Source: an uncultured Gammaproteobacteria bacterium (GTDB lineage Bacteria > Patescibacteriota > Microgenomatia > UBA8517). Taken from it: DNA of 64,000 nucleotides. The position numbers and the translations under genes are program-made. Positions 29,468-38,054 of the stretch are shown one piece after another. Numbering within the stretch: position 1 is the stretch's first letter; each line of letters starts with the position of its first letter. Under the pieces are notes generated by a model. That model did no database searches. It worked only from the letters and a program-made list of their open reading frames with translations, and was not told the DNA's origin. The stretch covers positions 29,271-93,270 of the forward strand of contig CAZBTH010000002.1 of assembly GCA_964494885.1 (NCBI GenBank). Direction: 5' to 3'.

Positions 29468-30199
29468 TTATTTGTAGATTTGCAGATTTGTAGATTTGTC
29501 TATTTTGTCCAAAGCGTTTTGGAGATCTTGAGGAAATTCTGATTTGTATTCTACCTCTTTCCCTGTCTTTGGATGAATAAATTTAATTCCGGACGCATGT
29601 AAAAACAATCTCGGACACCATTTGCGGTCGTTCCTCGCGGTCTTCCTGCCGGCGTAAAATTCGTCGGCGACTATTGCGTGGCCAATATGTTTTGAGTGAA
29701 TACGTATTTGATGAGTTCTCCCTGTCTTTGGATAAAATTCTACTAATGAATGACCTGCATTGTTTCCCGGGTAAAACTTTAACACTTTATATAAACTTAG
29801 AGATTCCCGACCTCCCGGGACAACCCCAAACCGGTCACGTCTCCAAGGCAACCTCCCCACTTCAGCTTTTATTTCGCCTTTTGCCGGCTCGACCTTGCCA
29901 TGAAGCAAGGCGGTATATGTTTTTTGTACCTCTCTATTCTTAAATTCAGACTGAAGTTTTTCAAATGCTTCTTTAGTCTTTGCAACAAGAAGAATTCCGC
30001 TGGTTTCTTTATCCAGCCTATGAACAATTCCGTCCCTTAACTCAGCATTTCCTTTTAACCGATAGTCAAAATTCTCCCGAACCCAAGTTTGGATAACAGG
30101 CTGAGTAGTTGTGGTATCTGCATCATTGGTAATCCAACCGGAAGGTTTTTCCACAACAAACAATGAATCATCTTGAAAAATTATTTTTGGTTCCTCCAT
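29468..30199 (-). CDS. RluA-family pseudouridine synthase
   Basis: HRLDKETSGILLVAKT catalytic-Asp motif; no S4 domain. Confidence 0.8.
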   Translation of the reverse strand: MEEPKIIFQDDSLFVVEKPSGWITNDADTTTTQPVIQTWVRENFDYRLKGNAELRDGIVHRLDKETSGILLVAKTKEAFEKLQSEFKNREVQKTYTALLHGKVEPAKGEIKAEVGRLPWRRDRFGVVPGGRESLSLYKVLKFYPGNNAGHSLVEFYPKTGRTHQIRIHSKHIGHAIVADEFYAGRKTARNDRKWCPRLFLHASGIKFIHPKTGKEVEYKSEFPQDLQNALDKIDKSTNLQIYK

Positions 30200-30269
30200 A
30201 TGTATATTTTAACACTAAAAAACCGCCCCTTGGCGGCTTCCCGATATACTATATACAATATACTAAATA

Positions 30270-30662
30270 CTACTTCTCCCTTTTCCTTGCGTCCTTTGTA
30301 CAAAGTGTAGCTTCGGGGAAAGCTATAAGGCGGTCAGTGTCTATTATTTGTCCACACTCTTCACAAATTCCATATTTCCCTATTCTAACCCTGGTAAGGG
30401 CCTTCCTTATTTGCACCATTCCGCGGTTTAACTCGGTTTTAATTGCGCTTGTTCTGGCATGACCGAATTGTTCGTCTGCTTCAATATCGGGGGCTGCGTT
30501 ATCGTTAACCCTTGATAAATCTTTAAACGGATCTTCCTTTGTTATTTGTTTTTTTCTCTTTTCCATAACATGGAGCCTGGCACTCAAAAAATCAGCAACG
30601 GGTTTCAAAACATTCGCCGGAAAACTCGGTGTGATGTCTTTAATTTTTGATTTCTTGATCAT
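30270..30662 (-). CDS. DksA/TraR-family C4-type zinc-finger protein
   Basis: CEECGQIID...LCTKDA four-Cys finger at the C-terminus. Confidence 0.55.
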   Translation of the reverse strand: MIKKSKIKDITPSFPANVLKPVADFLSARLHVMEKRKKQITKEDPFKDLSRVNDNAAPDIEADEQFGHARTSAIKTELNRGMVQIRKALTRVRIGKYGICEECGQIIDTDRLIAFPEATLCTKDARKREK

Positions 30663-31339
30663 ATTTTTTGTCTTCCCAAATTGTATAGTCCCAATAAACA
30701 GACGAGAGTGATACTACCTGAAATTGCAGCTTCGCTGCGCTGGTTCACAAAGGATAGCATAGTGATTCCCATTATAGCAACAAGGGATCTTGCCAAAAAA
30801 ATTAGGACCAAAATCGTCAATCCGGAAAACCCAATCTTACCGGATTTATACCAGCTAAAATTTTTGTAATGGACGTCCAAGTAATAAAAAACGAACATCA
30901 GAATCAGTATTGCCAAAAATCCCAGGAAAGAGCTTAAAGATGCGCTGGCCACCGAATCGGCCAGAAAGAACAATGAAAGCCAAGGCATGAATCCGATGGT
31001 GGCAGCTTCCAAAGTTTCAAAAAACCTGACTCGTAATCTTGAAGCAGCAATCAAAACACCTATGGGTATACCGGCTGCTTCAATAAAAAATAACCACCCG
31101 CTCAAAAATTGACTACCCGACACAAAAAAAACGGCGAGAACAACAAGAAGTAAAAAGGCTGTTTTAAAAATTATTTCACTTGAATAGTCCTCCTTGAGTC
31201 TTTTCCAAAAAATGAATAGGAAAATCAAAACTCCGATCGACCCAACAATAAAGTTGACTAGCATGAGCTTATTATATAACATTGTTTTCACAATGCTAGA
31301 AACCCCGCACGTGGCTGTAGGAATTGCAATTGCCACCAA
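30659..31339 (-). CDS. Polytopic membrane protein. The start is probably at an internal Met, because the N-terminus overlaps 31194-31754
   Basis: Hydrophobic helices; overlapping divergent ORF. Confidence 0.4.
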   Translation of the reverse strand: MVAIAIPTATCGVSSIVKTMLYNKLMLVNFIVGSIGVLIFLFIFWKRLKEDYSSEIIFKTAFLLLVVLAVFFVSGSQFLSGWLFFIEAAGIPIGVLIAASRLRVRFFETLEAATIGFMPWLSLFFLADSVASASLSSFLGFLAILILMFVFYYLDVHYKNFSWYKSGKIGFSGLTILVLIFLARSLVAIMGITMLSFVNQRSEAAISGSITLVCLLGLYNLGRQKI

Positions 31340-31754
31340 ATTTCCAAACCCTTGGATTTCTATTCCCCTTGCCTTCGCAAGTCATTTTATTTTAGACAAA
31401 GTCCCTCATTGGAACCCGCATCTTTATACCGAAACCCAAAAAACCGGCCATCCCTCAAAAAACAGCACCGTTATGGCAATCGTCGATATCGCTACCGCAC
31501 TACTTCTTGGTTCTACATTCGCCTTCAAAGCCTTGCCAAATATCCAAATGGCTGTTTTGATACTGGCATGCTCACTTGCTTCAGTTGCCTCGGACGTTAT
31601 TAAATATCCATATTATTATTTTCATTTAAGGCAGGAGTGGCTGGTAAAATGGGTAAATTTTGAAAGATCAATTCAAGTGGATACAAAAAGTATATTTTGG
31701 GGACTTGTAACCCAAGGGTTAGTTATTGCAGCTTCAATTTGGTGGATACTCTAA
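31194..31754 (+). CDS. Membrane protein, possibly YdjM/DUF457-like metal-dependent hydrolase. The start is probably a later Met, around 31263 or 31293
   Basis: SHFILD motif (HxxxD) and TM helices; weak. Confidence 0.3.
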   Translation: MSLFQKMNRKIKTPIDPTIKLTSMSLLYNIVFTMLETPHVAVGIAIATKFPNPWISIPLAFASHFILDKVPHWNPHLYTETQKTGHPSKNSTVMAIVDIATALLLGSTFAFKALPNIQMAVLILACSLASVASDVIKYPYYYFHLRQEWLVKWVNFERSIQVDTKSIFWGLVTQGLVIAASIWWIL

Positions 31755-31756
31755 AT

Positions 31757-32326
31757 CTAGATAATATATTTCCTTATTTCTCCTGGTTCCAAGCGCGAAG
31801 GTGAGTCTGAATAGAAATTTTCATCGTCTATTTCTTTTTCAAGCAGAGCCAGTTCAAGACATCTGAGAAAATTTTGATGACCACAAATAAGTATGTTTTT
31901 CTCAGACAAACTCTTGATTTTTTCTAAAACCAATTGAGCCCGTTTAAAGACATCGACAGTTGATTCTCCACCAGGCGGAACCCATTCGGTTTTTGTTTTA
32001 CCGCTCGCAGCCATAGACTCGGGAATTTTTCCATCACCTTGAATAGTATTAGTTAAATCGCCCAGTGAACGTTCAATTGATAATGGTTCTATTATGATAC
32101 TTGGCTGGATTTTGAGCGTATCCAAGTAAGGCTGAATCGATTGTCGAGTCCTTTTAAGAGGGCTTACAATAATCAAATCGTAATTATATTTAGAAAGTGT
32201 CGAAATTAACGACTTCGCATCACGAGCACCTTTTTCCGAAAGAGGTGTATCGGTTTGGGAACCATTTATACCAAGTTCGCTGTCTCTGGTTGAACAATGC
32301 CTTAGTAAAAACAGTGTTTTATTCAT
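31757..32326 (-). CDS. Histidine phosphatase superfamily protein (phosphoglycerate mutase-like)
   Basis: LLRHCST...DTPLSEKG...SPLKRTRQS and a late GH motif. Confidence 0.6.
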   Translation of the reverse strand: MNKTLFLLRHCSTRDSELGINGSQTDTPLSEKGARDAKSLISTLSKYNYDLIIVSPLKRTRQSIQPYLDTLKIQPSIIIEPLSIERSLGDLTNTIQGDGKIPESMAASGKTKTEWVPPGGESTVDVFKRAQLVLEKIKSLSEKNILICGHQNFLRCLELALLEKEIDDENFYSDSPSRLEPGEIRKYII

Positions 32327-32925
32327 TTTTTGGTCATTTCTTTTTGAAAATATTTTATTCGTTTTTTGTACAATCTTTCATATTCCGCCTTACCGTAATC
32401 AGAAATAGATTTTGAAAAGCGCAAAGTTTTACTTTTTTTCATAAATCTTTCTTCAGATTCTTTGTATTGAAATACGCCCATGACATCGATGTCCATTCCT
32501 CCTAAACTATCAGCTTCCATAAGTACTAATTCGTCAATCTCTTTTAAATTTTCCAACTTATCATGAACTGAGACTAAATGAGCTGCCCGTTCTTTCCGCG
32601 CCTCAGTCAAAAAATTAAAAAAATCATCTTTTAGGAGTTTTTGCAACTTTTGTAAACCAGCTAACATATGAGAATCCTTTTGAGCGCCTATGGTTGCCAA
32701 TCTAAGTGACTCCCCTCCTTTAAACATGTCTGTATATCCCCAATCGTGGGCATAACCGGCAATTAAAAGAACATCGAGATCCAGCTTCTCATTTGCCAAA
32801 CTTTTAACAATCTCCTTTAGATATTTAGCCACTAAAAGCGTATGTGGCTTATCGCCCAGCCGTCCCCTTTCAACGTCTGGAAAGATTTTTTCTTGCAGAA
32901 AGTCCTCAAGTTTTTTTGTATCCAT
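32323..32925 (-). CDS. HD-domain phosphohydrolase-like protein
   Basis: H...AGYAHDWGY HD motif. Confidence 0.4.
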   Translation of the reverse strand: MDTKKLEDFLQEKIFPDVERGRLGDKPHTLLVAKYLKEIVKSLANEKLDLDVLLIAGYAHDWGYTDMFKGGESLRLATIGAQKDSHMLAGLQKLQKLLKDDFFNFLTEARKERAAHLVSVHDKLENLKEIDELVLMEADSLGGMDIDVMGVFQYKESEERFMKKSKTLRFSKSISDYGKAEYERLYKKRIKYFQKEMTKK

Positions 32926-32951
32926 AAAAATGTGGCCGAGGAGGGGACATA

Positions 32952-33257
32952 TTAAATTTGCACTGCTTTGAAAACTTTTTCTTCCAATTTTTCGATCCTA
33001 TCCGTGTGATTCTTTGAATGAGCGGAAAGAAGGGTTTGTTCCTCATCAAATTTTTTAAATCCTTTTGCTAGACCATCGATGTGATTCATGACTTTGTTAT
33101 ATCTTTTTTCATTTCTTTTGTCGATTTCCTCAGCTTGTTTTTCTATTCGCTTGACATCCATTTTCACAAAGTCTAAGGAAACCTCCATCTTGTCAAACCT
33201 GGAATCAAATTTTTTAGATAGATCTTTAATCAATTTGATTGTCATATCGTCCGCCAT
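32952..33257 (-). CDS. Small coiled-coil protein
   Basis: Heptad-rich charged sequence. Confidence 0.35.
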   Translation of the reverse strand: MADDMTIKLIKDLSKKFDSRFDKMEVSLDFVKMDVKRIEKQAEEIDKRNEKRYNKVMNHIDGLAKGFKKFDEEQTLLSAHSKNHTDRIEKLEEKVFKAVQI

Positions 33258-33310
33258 AGTTCAATTTAGTCCGTGATAAATGACCTGTCAAATGGTAAAA
33301 TAACGCTTAA

Positions 33311-33396
33311 GCCGAGGTGGCGGAATGGCAGACGCGCAGGTCTCAAAAACCTGTAGAGCCTTAAACTCTGTGAGGGTCCGACTCCCTCCCTCGGCA
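33311..33396 (+). tRNA. tRNA-Leu, anticodon CAA
   Basis: 7-bp acceptor stem GCCGAGG / CCTCGGC, D-arm with GG, anticodon stem CAGGT/ACCTG with loop CTCAAAA, long variable arm (class II), T-arm GAGGG-TCCGACT-CCCTC, discriminator A; CCA is not encoded. Confidence 0.85.
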
Positions 33397-33565
33397 CAAG
33401 TTGACACAATTTCATTTGGTATAACCAGCAATTTGCTTATTTAGACTTCGACCCATAGAATACTGGGCGCTCGTTTAAAAGTAGTATTTGTTCTATCCTC
33501 ATCTACGGATTTGGAATAATTAGTACGCGCTTTTCATCAACCAAAATCAAAAAGGAGAGATCGAA

Positions 33566-33772
33566 ATGAAACGAAAGACTATTCGTAATTTGGTTATCGT
33601 ATTGCTCATAAGCATATTGGTATCAAATATCATCCTAGGTATCGCAGCATTTGAACTTGGGATAACATTTCCAACTGGACCGGCAATTGGGGTTTATAAC
33701 ACCCTCGTCAGCCTAATGGACTTTGTAACGGTGATCCTGGCAATTTGGGTTTTTGTTAAAAGTGAGAGATGA
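33566..33772 (+). CDS. Small two-TM membrane protein
   Basis: ORF with a TTGACA-N17-TATAAC promoter at 33402-33430. Confidence 0.4.
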   Translation: MKRKTIRNLVIVLLISILVSNIILGIAAFELGITFPTGPAIGVYNTLVSLMDFVTVILAIWVFVKSER

Positions 33773-33825
33773 ATTCGCATGGGCGTGGCTATTTAGACAA
33801 TTTTTAAAAGCCACGCCCAGAACTT

Positions 33826-35154
33826 TTATTGCTTGTGTTTTGCGTCTCTCCCGAAGAACTTGATCCTGTCTCCCCTGAAGTGAAGCGGAATGTTTTTTAA
33901 AGGTCCATTTCTGTGTTTGGCAATATCCAGCATCATGTTTTCCTGATTTTCATCATCTTCACGCCAAAGAAACATCACAACATCCGCATCCTGCTCTATA
34001 CTCCCCGACTCCCTAAGATCCGAAAGTTGGGGCTTCTTACCACCTCTGGTTTCGACGGCGCGGGAAAGCTGAGACAGTACCAAAACCGGAATTTTGAGTT
34101 CTCTAGCCAAGTTCTTCATTCCCTGGGAAATTTCCGAAACCTCCTGAACCCTGTTTTCCAAGTTGCGGGAACGGGCTAGCTGTAAGTAATCTACAACCAA
34201 AAAATCGAGGCCGTTTTCAACCTGAAGCCTACGGGCTTTTGTTCTCATCTCGAGCACCGAAAGCGCCGGAGTATCGTCAATAAATAGCGGGGCCTCTGCA
34301 AGCTCTCCCATGGCGTTACTTAGTTTCGTAAAATCATCTTCGGATAATTTTCCGGTTTTGAGCTTCCAAGCATCAATATCAGCCTGTGCTACTAGTAAAC
34401 GGTCAACAAGTTCCTCCTTGCTCATTTCAAGTGAGAAAAATCCCACCGGCCGTTTTAGATTAACGGCAATATGTTGGGCAATGTTCATCGCCAGCGATGT
34501 TTTTCCAACTCCGGGACGTGCAGCTAAAATCAGGAGGTTGCTTCTTTGCATTCCGGCTAAAGCATCGTCCAGATCTTTAAATCCTGTAGGAGTTCCCCTC
34601 ATCCCCTCTCCCTGTTTATGAAGTTCGTCGAGTCTGTCGAAACTTTCTGCCAATGTTTCCCGAACAGATGTAAACGCTTTGCTTAATGATTTTTGACTTA
34701 AAGAAAAAATTTCACTTTCAGCAGCGTCAAGCACTTCGCTGGCTCCTCGACTTTCATCCATCGAAATATCGACCAAACGACTTGCTGCCGCCATTAAAGC
34801 TCTTTTGGTAGCCGTATCCCTAACTATTCTGCCATAATGTTCAACATGCGCGGCCGTCGGAACTTTATTCGCAAGGTCAGCTAAAAAAGACGAACTCTCG
34901 CTGATTTTAAAGGTTTTTCTTTTTTTAAGTTTTTCCGTCACCGTCAAGACATCTATAGGCGTCCGTTCCTCATAAAGATCCAGACAAGCCTTATAAACTT
35001 CTTGTAAGCGTTCATCATAAAAATCTTCGGGATGTAGGAATTCGGCTACAGCAATAACTGCGTCTTTGTCTAAAAGCATTGCCCCCAAAACACTTTCTTC
35101 TGCTTCTTGTGAGTGTGGAGGAACACGAAGTGATTGTTTTTGTAAGTCTGCCAT
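33826..35154 (-). CDS. dnaB: Replicative DNA helicase. I moved the start to MADLQKQSL
   Basis: PPHSQEAEESVLGAMLLD N-terminus, Walker A GVGKTSLAMN, LLVVDYLQL, Arg finger region. Confidence 0.9.
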   Translation of the reverse strand: MADLQKQSLRVPPHSQEAEESVLGAMLLDKDAVIAVAEFLHPEDFYDERLQEVYKACLDLYEERTPIDVLTVTEKLKKRKTFKISESSSFLADLANKVPTAAHVEHYGRIVRDTATKRALMAAASRLVDISMDESRGASEVLDAAESEIFSLSQKSLSKAFTSVRETLAESFDRLDELHKQGEGMRGTPTGFKDLDDALAGMQRSNLLILAARPGVGKTSLAMNIAQHIAVNLKRPVGFFSLEMSKEELVDRLLVAQADIDAWKLKTGKLSEDDFTKLSNAMGELAEAPLFIDDTPALSVLEMRTKARRLQVENGLDFLVVDYLQLARSRNLENRVQEVSEISQGMKNLARELKIPVLVLSQLSRAVETRGGKKPQLSDLRESGSIEQDADVVMFLWREDDENQENMMLDIAKHRNGPLKNIPLHFRGDRIKFFGRDAKHKQ

Positions 35155-35231
35155 AATAACCAGCTTGTACTGATGATAATGGCAGGAGTAAACGATCAAG
35201 AAATTAGACACTAGAAACCAGCTACTAGTTA

Positions 35232-35915
35232 CTAATGCCTAGTATCTAGTACTATTATTTTAGTATTCTGATCTTCCAAAATATCTTCCTTTTTAATTGA
35301 AAACTTTTGCGAATTCTCAGTGGGAAGACCGGACTCCTTCAAAAAATCCTCGACAGGTAAAAGTTTAGAAAAAGAAGCCGAGTTCAAACCGCTTGCCTGA
35401 TAATGCATTGGTATTACAAAAAAAGGTTCGATTTTATTAACAGTTTCACTCGCCTCTTTTGGCCCAATCGTAAATTCACCGCCAACAGGAACCATAAGAA
35501 CATCAACGTCCCCCATCTCATTGATCAGGTCTTCACTAAGAGTGTGTCCCAAATCTCCCAAATGAACCAAACGAAGCCCCTCCGCCTCATAGACATAAAT
35601 TGTATTCTTGCCTCTTTCGTCGCCTGTCTTTGAGTCGTGGAAACTTGGATAGCCAACGATTGAAACACCTTGTATTTCATACTCCCCTGGTCCGGTAACA
35701 ACCTTCTTCGCCCCGGAAACTAAATTTGCCGCATTGTGATCGTTGTGATCGTGTGAAACAGTAACAATATCACCATCTATTCCGGAATATTTAAGCCCGA
35801 CCATTTTGGGATCAAACGGATCGGTGATCACGGTAGTTTTTGTTTTTATGCCAGCAGGCGAGGAACCGAAGGTGACTATTCTAAAGGATGAATGTCCTAA
35901 ATAAGTAATGTCCAT
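35232..35915 (-). CDS. MBL-fold metallo-hydrolase
   Basis: VSHDHNDHN (HxHxDH) motif. Confidence 0.75.
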   Translation of the reverse strand: MDITYLGHSSFRIVTFGSSPAGIKTKTTVITDPFDPKMVGLKYSGIDGDIVTVSHDHNDHNAANLVSGAKKVVTGPGEYEIQGVSIVGYPSFHDSKTGDERGKNTIYVYEAEGLRLVHLGDLGHTLSEDLINEMGDVDVLMVPVGGEFTIGPKEASETVNKIEPFFVIPMHYQASGLNSASFSKLLPVEDFLKESGLPTENSQKFSIKKEDILEDQNTKIIVLDTRH

Positions 35916-35969
35916 ATACGCACTCTAACAAATTGACAAAATTTTGGCAATACCGTATATTGACGGCTG

Positions 35970-36980
35970 ATGCGAAAAGAGTTAATTTGGGCGGCAGGAA
36001 TAGGAATTACATTCGGGCTAATCATAGCCTTCGGTGTTTGGCGCATAAATTCATCAATAAAACCAAAAGAGATAAGTGTCACGCAAACTCCAAGACCCCA
36101 AGTTAATACCGAATTTAAAATAACCCTCGATAAACCCGAACAAAATGATGTTGTCACACAAGATTCCGTTACCGTCTCGGGAATTACCAAACCTCTTACA
36201 TGGGTTACATTTTCAGGCGAAAATAGTGACTATATAATTGAATCCGGCACAGACGGGGTTTTTGTCCAAGACGTCAGACTAATTCCCGGGGTCAATCAAA
36301 TAAAAATAACAGCGTTCGACACTGAAGGAAATAGAAGCATTGAAAAAGTAGTTGTTGTCTATTCATCATCTTTCCAGGTTAACTCATCTTCACCAACCAC
36401 GACAGAAGATTCTTCAGAATCATCTGATGTTAGAACCAGAGTACAAGAAAAGGTACGCGAGGCCTTAAATAAACCAAAAGCTTATCTGGGAACGGTAACA
36501 GACATCGCCGATTCAACCATTCAGATAAAGACTTCGGAAAGTCAGATAAAGCAAATCTCAACAGACATCATCGCTACAACAGTCGTTAAAACCGGAACCG
36601 TCAATAAAACCGTAAAACTGGCAGACATTGCAATTGGTGATTTCATAGTAGCCATGGGCTATGTAAACAGCAGCTCGGTTCTTTCTGCGCAGAGAATTCT
36701 TATCTCCTCCCCCGTCACCGAACCTAAAGTTGAGGCCGTACTGGCCAAAGTCACTACCGTGTCCAAAAAAGTAATAATGGCAGAAGACCCTAAAGATGGC
36801 CAAAGTACAACTATCACCCCAAGCACAAAAACAAATATTGAAACGTACGATAAAGGTAAGCTGACAAGCATAAAAATCGCAGGCATCGCTCAGGGTGATT
36901 TGATAATTTACATAACCGATTCAAGCACGGAAACGCCTACCATCCGCTCCATATTTGTGATTCAACAGCCTCAAAGCTAG
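35970..36980 (+). CDS. Membrane-anchored extracellular protein with beta-rich, Ig-like repeats
   Basis: N-terminal TM helix; Thr/Val-rich repeats. Confidence 0.45.
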   Translation: MRKELIWAAGIGITFGLIIAFGVWRINSSIKPKEISVTQTPRPQVNTEFKITLDKPEQNDVVTQDSVTVSGITKPLTWVTFSGENSDYIIESGTDGVFVQDVRLIPGVNQIKITAFDTEGNRSIEKVVVVYSSSFQVNSSSPTTTEDSSESSDVRTRVQEKVREALNKPKAYLGTVTDIADSTIQIKTSESQIKQISTDIIATTVVKTGTVNKTVKLADIAIGDFIVAMGYVNSSSVLSAQRILISSPVTEPKVEAVLAKVTTVSKKVIMAEDPKDGQSTTITPSTKTNIETYDKGKLTSIKIAGIAQGDLIIYITDSSTETPTIRSIFVIQQPQS

Positions 36981-36982
36981 TT

Positions 36983-37013
36983 GACAGGGTGCGACCCTGT
37001 CTGTCTTATCTTA
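36983..37013 (+). terminator. Rho-independent terminator (GACAGGGT-GCG-ACCCTGTC followed by a T-rich run)
   Basis: Perfect 8-bp stem, 3-nt loop, then TGTCTTATCTT. Confidence 0.55.
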
Positions 37014-37019
37014 TAATAC

Positions 37020-37048
37020 TTGACAAGCGCTAAAAGGTGTGATATCAT
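37020..37048 (+). promoter_or_regulatory. Sigma-70-type promoter TTGACA-N17-(TGa)TATCAT reading into the ORF-free region
   Basis: Consensus -35, 17-bp spacer, extended -10. Confidence 0.45.
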
Positions 37049-37532
37049 TCCCAAGTTGGATTTAATCCAGCACTCGCACATTTAATATCAGTTCGCAAGG
37101 CGCTTACGGGCCGCAACTTGCCAACCATTTATTGGTTGGCAGCTTTCGGTTCGCAAGTGTCATGCGGGAACTCGGTTGAAAAACCCTGTTCAACGTGGGC
37201 GGTGCCTACGTTTCAAAACCGGCAATGCGCGTTGCCTCCTTGACAGATGTATCGCCCAGCGATCATCTTAAAGCAGCCTCAACATGAGGTTTGGCAATAG
37301 CTAGTCCGTGATGCAGATCATTGACCTTGAGTAGGCCACCTGTTGTCTATCCATTATTTTTTGGAGAAACAGACTCCGGCTTACTGGCTTTGATTTTGCA
37401 TTTTGACGCTTGCGAACCGTTTTTTTAATAATTTCTAGGGGAAAGGACTGGATTCCTCTCTCAGATGTGTTTTGACCAATTTGCGGTCATTGCTTTCTGA
37501 GCTCAAAGAATCCTATTTATCCCCCTTTTATC

Positions 37533-37600
37533 CGAGCCCAGTTTTGGACTGAAACAACAAACATTTTTTTATATTGTTGTTTCTTTTCAGACTGGGCTCG
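37533..37600 (+). repeat. About 68-nt long imperfect hairpin / inverted repeat (CGAGCCCAGT ... ACTGGGCTCG with paired inner arms)
   Basis: 10-bp outer stem plus CTGAAA/TTTCAG and CAACAA/TTGTTG inner pairings around an A/T loop. Confidence 0.6.
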
Positions 37601-37640
37601 CTTACTTTTAGAGCCTAAATTTATCAAATAAATCCTTATT

Positions 37641-37668
37641 TGTTCTACTGTTCTAGAACAATAGAACA
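37641..37668. promoter_or_regulatory. 28-bp near-palindrome TGTTCTACTGTTCTAGAACAATAGAACA (four AGAAC/GTTCT half-sites), directly upstream of a promoter
   Basis: Perfect 12-bp core TGTTCTAGAACA; outer half-sites at 8-bp spacing; -35 TTGACA at 37677-37682 and -10 TATATA at 37699-37704. Confidence 0.5.
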
Positions 37669-37950
37669 CTTCAAATTTGACATAAAGATCAATGTTGTTA
37701 TATACTTCCCACAGTTAAATAAATCCGTTTGCATTGGAGTCACGATCCAAAATCCTCCTTCGCTAAAGCTACGGAAGGAGAACGGAGCCTCACAAAATTG
37801 AGGACGCAGGTCGAAGCGTAAGCAAAGCTTGGCGAATCCAAGCCCCGCTAAAAAAGAAGACAACCATTGTCATCCTGAGCAAATCGAATGGATAGAGATG
37901 GACCAAGAGATCAGTTCGCGCAAGCGGATTGGTAACAAAGAATGGGACCG

Positions 37951-38046
37951 CGGAGGTCGGAAGACCCTCGTTTCTTAAGCGAAGTTTAATGCTGAATTTA
38001 TTTCAGCATCTAAGGTACTTGGCTTGATGAACGAGGGTTTTTTGGT
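37951..38046 (+). terminator. Terminator (CCCTCGTT ... AACGAGGG plus T6) ending 9 nt before the 38055 start codon, with an overlapping alternative GNRA-capped hairpin (CGGAGGTC-GGAA-GACCCTCG): candidate attenuator or riboswitch expression platform
   Basis: 8-bp stem enclosing the sub-hairpin ATGCTGAA/TTCAGCAT, then TTTTTT; the upstream hairpin shares the CCCTCG strand, so the two structures are mutually exclusive. Confidence 0.45.
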
Positions 38047-38054
38047 GAAAAAAT

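Noticed and set aside
37935-37960. T-box leader (AATGGGACCGCGGAGG resembles AGGGUGGNACCGCG)
   Set aside because: The UGGN bulge is missing, and I could not identify a Stem I or specifier loop. I keep it only as a weak possibility under the generic attenuator call.
36981-38054. RNase P RNA, SRP RNA, tmRNA or 6S RNA in the ORF-free region
   Set aside because: I checked by eye for RNase P CR-I/CR-IV (found GGAAAGGACTGG and ACAGACTCCGGCTTA, but in the wrong order and unable to form P4), the SRP GGAA tetraloop motif, and the tmRNA tRNA-like ends. All were partial and inconsistent. I cannot assign a known family without a covariance-model search.
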